A stretch of DNA of 64,000 nt from an uncultured Methanosarcinaceae archaeon (GTDB taxonomy: Archaea > Halobacteriota > Methanosarcinia > Methanosarcinales > Methanosarcinaceae): NCBI GenBank assembly GCA_963833425.1, contig CAWHXP010000013.1, positions 178,695 through 242,694 of the forward strand, written 5' to 3'. Below, in pieces: positions 58,110-64,000 of the stretch (position 1 is its first letter; each line of letters opens with the position of its first letter). Position numbers and translations under genes: made by a program. Under the pieces are notes generated by a model. It made no database searches and was not told the origin of the DNA. It saw nothing but the letters and a program-made list of their open reading frames with translations.

Positions 58110-58685
58110 TAATACAATACAATTGAAAATAATAGATGTCGATTTTGATTTAGTCGCGACTATGAAAAAATATGCAAATTGAATGAACTACGTTTCTAGT
58201 ATGGTTCTTGAGAATGGAAAACTCATTTCAGATAGAAAACTACAACTTATGATTTATGCTCATTTTCGAGGAAACATTTGTTTGAAGTCGCAAGTCAGTT
58301 GTACATTCCAAGACAAGTTGCTGGAACTTATAAAACAATAGCAGAACTTGCAAAATTAGGGATGAGTTCCTGGCAAAAGTAACATACTCTCCGACTTCTA
58401 TGGTATTATCATATAAACGAGATTATACACTAACAAAAGACTCGGTAAGTGTAATTACATTTAGTCATGGTAGGAAAATGATAGAAATTGATTGAAGTTT
58501 CTTTCTAACTTTAAGTTTTGAACTTAACGCCGATTTGAATTGCACAAGGAACATCAAACATAGAACAAGAGACATTGGTATATCTTAGAGTTTCGGGGGG
58601 TATCTATCACACCCAATCGGATAATAACATGATCTGATTTGTTAGGAATATCTACATCTGTTATTTCAGTGGCAGGCAGTTGATC
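58110..58685 (+). mobile_element. tnpB: IS200/IS605 tnpB remnant, internally deleted
   Basis: N-terminal MNYVS..LKSQVSC..RQVAGTYK; C-terminal FELNADLNCTRNI (RuvC III); right-end-like TTCAGTGGCAGGCAGTTGAT. Confidence 0.7.
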
Positions 58686-58724
58686 AGTAAATTAAAATAA
58701 GAATAAATGCATCAATTTTTCAGC

Positions 58725-58772
58725 CTGACAAGTTCAGATGAAAGAACACTGACAAGTTCAGATGAAAGAACA
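58725..58772 (+). repeat. Perfect 24-bp tandem duplication
   Basis: CTGACAAGTTCAGATGAAAGAACA x2. Confidence 0.95.
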
Positions 58773-59136
58773 GATATTTATAAGCTTACGTATCCTCCAA
58801 CATCTAAAGAAGTAGAAATCCTGCTTCGACCCTTGAAAGCAAAATTTTCGTCTGATTTGAACTTATTTGTTAAGGATAAAATTTTGATAAATATATATAT
58901 ATATTAATATATATCTTTATAGGAAGCTGTAAATATTTTTGAATAAGCTTACTACTTAATAAAAAAAATTGTTGAATATTCGAAAAAAGATGCAAGAAAA
59001 TAGCATATTCATCACAAACTATTTATGCAATAGTTGTGATTAGAGGGATGCATCGATGTACGAGGTACTCCTGATGCAGCAGAGCGACATGGATAATGAA
59101 CCTCTAAGGTGCAAAAAGAGAGTAGAGATAAAAACT

Positions 59137-59210
59137 GGGCCCGTAGCTCAGTCAGGCAGAGCGTCTGGCTTTTAACCAGACGGCCTAGGGTTCAAATCCC
59201 TACGGGCCCG
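59137..59210 (+). tRNA. tRNA-Lys (anticodon UUU)
   Basis: GGGCCCG acceptor stem, TCTGG-CTTTTAA-CCAGA anticodon arm, GGTTCAAATCC T-loop; no intron, CCA not encoded. Confidence 0.97.
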
Positions 59211-59295
59211 CTATTAATTCTTTAATCGTATCCTATGGAAAATCATTTCATTTGTGATAAGTCTTTTGACGACACTTTATTTTGGAGGGAAGGAT

Positions 59296-59532
59296 TTGAC
59301 AAAATTTAGCCTGCTCAACCATGAGTCGGTACCAAAACATGAAATCATATCTGAGGGCGAGTTAAAGTCTGTTTTAAGCAATTATTTTGTTGAAAAGGAA
59401 CAACTTCCTAAAATAAAAGTGCAAGATCCTGTTTGTAAAGAAATCGGAGCTACAGTCGGAGATGTAATCAAAATCACACGAAAAAGTCAAACTGCAGGGG
59501 AGGCAGAATATTATAGATTTGTGATCGAATAA
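59296..59532 (+). CDS. rpoH: RNA polymerase subunit H (Rpo5)
   Basis: HESVPKHEI, QLPKI..DP and RKSQTAGE; TTG start after GGAGGG. Confidence 0.95.
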   Translation: MTKFSLLNHESVPKHEIISEGELKSVLSNYFVEKEQLPKIKVQDPVCKEIGATVGDVIKITRKSQTAGEAEYYRFVIE

Positions 59533-59688
59533 AGCGGACGAAAACATAACCTCATTCAAGATTAAAATTTTTGACAAATTAGTTTTTTTTTAATCCCATG
59601 CACCATCGCAAGGAAATATTCAACGCTTCAACATCTGAAGATCGTATCTGGTCAATTTTCATTTTAATAAAACAAAGAGGGTGCTATC

Positions 59689-61338
59689 ATCGCATTAGGA
59701 AGCAGTATACTGTCGCAGGCTTATTTTACACGGGACAAAATAGTTCAGCACCATATAGATTCTTTTAACAAATTTATAGATTATGGGCTGCAAAAGATTA
59801 TAGACGAACAGAAAATAATAGAAACTGACATTGAGGATACTTATCTCAAACTGGGTAAGATCAGAGTAGAACATCCGGTGGTGAAGGAAGCAGACGGAGC
59901 AATCGAAAAGCTTTATCCAAATGAAGGAAGACTTAGAAATCTATCATACTCAGGTCCTCTCTACCTGGAAATGAGTGTGGTTAAGGATGGGATAGAGTCT
60001 GAGGTAATGGAAGCAAAGATAGGGCAGCTTCCAATCATGGTTAAGTCCAAGGTCTGCAATCTTCTGGGGCTTAGCGAGATTGAAAAAGTACGTTATGGGG
60101 AAGACCCCCTTGATCCTGGGGGCTATTTCATTGTCGGCGGCACCGAAAGAGTAATAATGACTCTTGAAGACCTCGCACCTAACAAAATTCTTGTAGAGTA
60201 CGGCGAAAGATATGGCGATTCTATAGAGGTTGCAAAAGTTTTTTCCCAAAAACGTGGGTACAGAGCGCTCGTGATCGTGGAAAGAGGGCGAAAGTCCCTG
60301 CTCGAAGTTTCCTTCCCCTCTATTTCAGGAAGAGTATTTTTCATTACCCTCATGAGAGCTCTTGGGATTGTAACTGATGAGGATATAGTGAATGCAGTTT
60401 CAAGTGATCCCGAAATTATCAAGTTCATGCTGGAGAACCTTGAAGAAGCTGAGGTCGAGACCCAGGAAGAAGCAATCGAAAAGATAGGAGCAAGGGTCGC
60501 TGCAGGGCAAGCCAAGGAATATCAGATAAAAAGAGCAAACTATGTAATTGACAGGTACCTTTTTCCACATCTCGGGAATGATATAGCAGATAGGGTCTCG
60601 AAAGCTCACTTCCTGGCAAGAATGGCTGAATCCTGTTTTGAACTGGCCCTTGGTAAGCGTTCGGAAGACGACAAAGATCACTATGCAAATAAAAGGCTCA
60701 AACTTGCAGGAGATCTGATGGAAGATCTCTTTAGAGTATCTTTCAATAGGTTAGCAAGAGACATAAAATACCAGCTCGAGCGCGCAAATATGCGGAACAG
60801 AGAACTAAATGTCGCCACAATAGTCAGAGCAGATGTCCTTACTGACCGCTTGCAACATCCATTAGCAACCGGAAACTGGGTTGGAGGAAGAACAGGTGTG
60901 TCTCAACTACTGGATAGGAACGATTATATCTCCACTTTATCTCACCTGCGCCGCGTTATTTCTCCCCTTTCTCGTGCACAACCGCATTTTGAGGCTAGAG
61001 ATCTGCATGCAACTCAGTGGGGACGGCTTTGTCCTTCAGAAACTCCAGAAGGACCAAATTGTGGCTTGGTGAAAAACTTTGCCGAGATGGTTGAACTCTC
61101 TACGGGTATAGAAGAAACAGAAGGCATAAAGAAAATACTCTACGATCTGAACGTCGAACGTATGGTGGTAAAGGCACCGGAAATCCCTGCTAGAATAAAG
61201 GAGATACTACTCAACGAGTTCGGAGAAGAGATAGTTGAAGAGTTTGAAGAAACTCCGGAAATTGACAGTAAATACAAGGATGACGAATTCTACGATTATT
61301 CAGATACTGAAGATGTCGGATCAAATTTTGGTGATTAA
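59689..61338 (+). CDS. rpoB2: RNA polymerase subunit B'' (Rpo2 N-half); start codon uncertain, probably non-canonical
   Basis: In-frame QHHIDSFN lies upstream of the tracked GTG 59878; also [21 protein letters not shown] and CPSETPEG. Confidence 0.95.
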   Translation: MALGSSILSQAYFTRDKIVQHHIDSFNKFIDYGLQKIIDEQKIIETDIEDTYLKLGKIRVEHPVVKEADGAIEKLYPNEGRLRNLSYSGPLYLEMSVVKDGIESEVMEAKIGQLPIMVKSKVCNLLGLSEIEKVRYGEDPLDPGGYFIVGGTERVIMTLEDLAPNKILVEYGERYGDSIEVAKVFSQKRGYRALVIVERGRKSLLEVSFPSISGRVFFITLMRALGIVTDEDIVNAVSSDPEIIKFMLENLEEAEVETQEEAIEKIGARVAAGQAKEYQIKRANYVIDRYLFPHLGNDIADRVSKAHFLARMAESCFELALGKRSEDDKDHYANKRLKLAGDLMEDLFRVSFNRLARDIKYQLERANMRNRELNVATIVRADVLTDRLQHPLATGNWVGGRTGVSQLLDRNDYISTLSHLRRVISPLSRAQPHFEARDLHATQWGRLCPSETPEGPNCGLVKNFAEMVELSTGIEETEGIKKILYDLNVERMVVKAPEIPARIKEILLNEFGEEIVEEFEETPEIDSKYKDDEFYDYSDTEDVGSNFGD

Positions 61339-61352
61339 GGGATCGATGCCAG

Positions 61353-63167
61353 ATGACTAAAGCAAAAGTATTCATAAACGGAGAGCTTGTTGGGACCCAC
61401 GATAACCCGGCAGAACTTGTGAATGATGTCCGCAAGATGAGACAGCAGGGGTTCATATCCCGGCAGGTAAACATATCTCTTAACGATAATACTAGGGAAG
61501 TAATTATAAATTCCGATATGGGCAGAGCAAGAAGGCCTATGGTAGTTGTGGAAAACGGAGTTTCAAAGGTAACTGAAGAGCACATACAGAAATTGAAGAA
61601 CAGGGACATTAACTTTGATGATCTTGTAAAAGAAGGTTGTATAGAGTATCTAGATGCCGAAGAGGAAGTAAATGCTTATATTGCACTCTATGAGGCTGAT
61701 GTTACCCCCAGGCACACTCATATTGAGATAGACCCTGAACTTATGCTAGGGATTTGCACAGGGATGGTTCCTTATCCGGAACATAATGCGTCACCTCGTA
61801 ATACCATGGGTGCAGCTATGATAAAGCAGTGCATTGGAGTTTCTACAGCAAATCAGAAGCTCAGACCAGATACGCGTGCCCATGTACTTCACTACCCCCA
61901 GAGGGCGCTTACAAAAACCAGAACTTCTGAAGCTATAGGGTTTGATGAAAGGCCTGCAGGCCAGAATTTCGTAGTTGCAATCCTTTCTTATGAAGGATAT
62001 AATATTGAAGATGCCCTGATTTTCAACGGGGGTTCAATCGAAAGAGGTCTCGGAAGGAGTCATTTTCTCAGAACTTTCGAAGGAGAAGAAAGAAGGTATC
62101 CAGGAGGACAGGAAGATAAATTCGAGATTCCTGACTCTGAGTACCGCGGTGCTCGCAGTTCTGATGCCTATGCAAATCTCGATGTCGATGGGCTTGTAAA
62201 TCCTGAAACTCCGGTTGGTCCCAACGATGTGCTGATCGGAAAGACCAGTCCACCAAGATTCCTTGAAGAACCTTCCGACTTCGGGATTGCAGTCGAGCAG
62301 AGAAGAGAAAGTTCAATCACCATGAGATCCAATGAAACAGGGATTGTAGACACTGTCATTCTAACTGAATCCATTAATGGAACCCGTCTTGCCAAAGTAA
62401 AGGTGAGAGATGAAAGAATTCCTGATATAGGAGACAAATTCGCTTCAAGACACGGGCAAAAAGGAGTTATCGGTCTTAAGGTTCCGATTGCAGACATGCC
62501 CTTTACTGAATATGGCCTGACTCCGGATCTGATGATTAATCCGCATGCAATCCCTTCCCGTATGACTGTAGGGCACGTACTGGAAATGATTGGAGGAAAG
62601 GTAGGTTCAATGGAAGGTAGAAGAGTTAATGCAACCGCCTTCTCAGGAGAAAAAGAAGATGATCTAAGAGAAGCTTTGAAGGAACACGGATTCGCACACA
62701 CTGGAAAAGAAGTTTTCTATGACGGGGCAACAGGCAGGATGATCCCTGCAGATGTCTTCGTTGGTGTAATCCTTTATCAGAAACTACACCACATGGTTAC
62801 CTCCAAGATGCATGCTAGGTCCCGCGGTCCAGTACAGGTGCTTACTCGCCAACCAACCGAAGGTAGAGCTAGAGAGGGAGGTCTCAGATTTGGTGAAATG
62901 GAGCGTGATGTTTTGGTAGGACACGGAGCTGCAATGTCGTTAAAAGAGAGACTACTAGATGAGTCTGACAAGGTAGTGGAAGTTGTTTGCTCTCACTGTG
63001 GGATGATTGCTACATATGACAAGCAACGGAATGTCGCTTTCTGCTCTGCCTGTGGTGCTGACACAGATATATATCCAGTAGAAATGAGTTATGCTTTTAA
63101 GTTGTTGCTGGATGAAATAAAATCCCTTGGTGTCGCTCCCAGACTTAATCTTGAAGATGCGGTGTGA
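61353..63167 (+). CDS. rpoB1: RNA polymerase subunit B' (Rpo2 C-half)
   Basis: [48 protein letters not shown] and Zn ribbon. Confidence 0.97.
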   Translation: MTKAKVFINGELVGTHDNPAELVNDVRKMRQQGFISRQVNISLNDNTREVIINSDMGRARRPMVVVENGVSKVTEEHIQKLKNRDINFDDLVKEGCIEYLDAEEEVNAYIALYEADVTPRHTHIEIDPELMLGICTGMVPYPEHNASPRNTMGAAMIKQCIGVSTANQKLRPDTRAHVLHYPQRALTKTRTSEAIGFDERPAGQNFVVAILSYEGYNIEDALIFNGGSIERGLGRSHFLRTFEGEERRYPGGQEDKFEIPDSEYRGARSSDAYANLDVDGLVNPETPVGPNDVLIGKTSPPRFLEEPSDFGIAVEQRRESSITMRSNETGIVDTVILTESINGTRLAKVKVRDERIPDIGDKFASRHGQKGVIGLKVPIADMPFTEYGLTPDLMINPHAIPSRMTVGHVLEMIGGKVGSMEGRRVNATAFSGEKEDDLREALKEHGFAHTGKEVFYDGATGRMIPADVFVGVILYQKLHHMVTSKMHARSRGPVQVLTRQPTEGRAREGGLRFGEMERDVLVGHGAAMSLKERLLDESDKVVEVVCSHCGMIATYDKQRNVAFCSACGADTDIYPVEMSYAFKLLLDEIKSLGVAPRLNLEDAV

Positions 63168-63175
63168 GGTATAAG

Positions 63176-64000
63176 ATGGCAAACGTACCTCCGATTCCGA
63201 AACGAATTTCTTCGATTAAATTCGGTTTAATGTCTCCAAAAGAAATCCGTAAGATGAGTGCAACGCCCGTTATCACAGCAGATACTTATGATGACGACGG
63301 ATTTCCTATTGACATGGGGCTCATGGACACAAAATTAGGTGTTATTGATCCCGGACTTCGTTGCAAGACTTGTTCAGGCCGGGCAGGTGAGTGTCCAGGA
63401 CACTTTGGGCATATAGAACTTGTTGCCCCTGTAGTTCACGTCGGCTTTAACAAAGTTATAAGAAAGCTCCTTCGAGCAACCTGTCGGAAATGCAGCAAAC
63501 TTTTGCTTGAGCCTGTACCAAAACAGAAATTTCTGGACATGCTTATCGGTATTGAGGAAATCAGACATATGCCCGATGACCTTATCAACGAAGCGTATAA
63601 GGAAGCCAGTAAAGAAAAGACCTGTCCTTATTGTAATGAGGAACAGCTCGAAATCAAATTCGAAAAACCAAGCGAATATCTTGAAAACGGAGAAAAATTA
63701 ACTCCAACTGAGATTAGAGACCGCTTCGAAAATATCCCTGATGAGGATATAATGGTTATCGGAATGGATCCTAAGAATGCGAGGCCGGAATGGATGATCC
63801 TTACTGTCCTGCCGGTGCCTCCTGTTACATTACGTTCCTCAATTACCCTTGAATCAGGACAGCGCAGTGAAGACGATCTGACCCACAAGCTGGTAGATAT
63901 TATAAGGATCAATCAGCGTTTCCAGGAAAACAGGGAAGCTGGCGCCCCTCAACTCATAATTGAAGACCTATGGGAACTCCTTCAGTATCATGTTACTACA
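63176..64000 (+). CDS. rpoA1: RNA polymerase subunit A' (Rpo1N), runs off the window
   Basis: MANVPPIPKRISSIKFGLMSP, CKTC..ECPGHFGHIEL, RPEWMILTVLPVPP and SEDDLTHKL; GAGGT ribosome-binding site. Confidence 0.97.
   Translation, partial: MANVPPIPKRISSIKFGLMSPKEIRKMSATPVITADTYDDDGFPIDMGLMDTKLGVIDPGLRCKTCSGRAGECPGHFGHIELVAPVVHVGFNKVIRKLLRATCRKCSKLLLEPVPKQKFLDMLIGIEEIRHMPDDLINEAYKEASKEKTCPYCNEEQLEIKFEKPSEYLENGEKLTPTEIRDRFENIPDEDIMVIGMDPKNARPEWMILTVLPVPPVTLRSSITLESGQRSEDDLTHKLVDIIRINQRFQENREAGAPQLIIEDLWELLQYHVTT

Noticed and set aside
58110..58685. Functional TnpB/omegaRNA system
   Set aside because: tnpB has lost its central RuvC region and has many stops; only a relic
61180..61338. Acidic C-terminal tail of RpoB'' as a novel domain
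   Set aside because: Low-complexity D/E-rich tail at the B''/B' split; no evidence of a folded domain from sequence alone

Overview
Chromosomal segment of a methanogenic archaeon, very likely Methanosarcina. This call rests on sepS, class II lysS, pycBA-birA, an AMA-type AAA ATPase, the split rpoH-B''-B'-A' operon and YVTN/S-layer surface proteins. Housekeeping genes are intact: TRAM, DUF89, engB, sepS, hef, glyS, cbiA, pycB/pycA/birA, wecB, lysS, tRNA-Lys(UUU) and the RNA polymerase genes. They sit in long AT-rich tracts of decayed genes and dead IS elements (IS5, IS6, IS66, IS200/IS605 tnpA and tnpB, possibly IS1). By my tally intact genes cover only about 28 of 64 kb (~44%), and no transposase is intact, which points to active genome erosion. 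Other notable items: a family of at least 8 ~85-100 bp MITE-like elements with IS5-type ends; a perfect 26-bp-arm palindrome made from an IS5 left end; a GC-rich glutaredoxin + ene-reductase island beside IS6; long inverted repeats bracketing wecB; a candidate BirA operator straddling the pyc promoter; and an rpoB'' gene with no ATG/GTG/TTG upstream of its conserved N-terminus. No CRISPR array or rRNA was seen, and I could not identify a complete novel multi-gene system. All family assignments are from motif recognition by eye, with no database searches.
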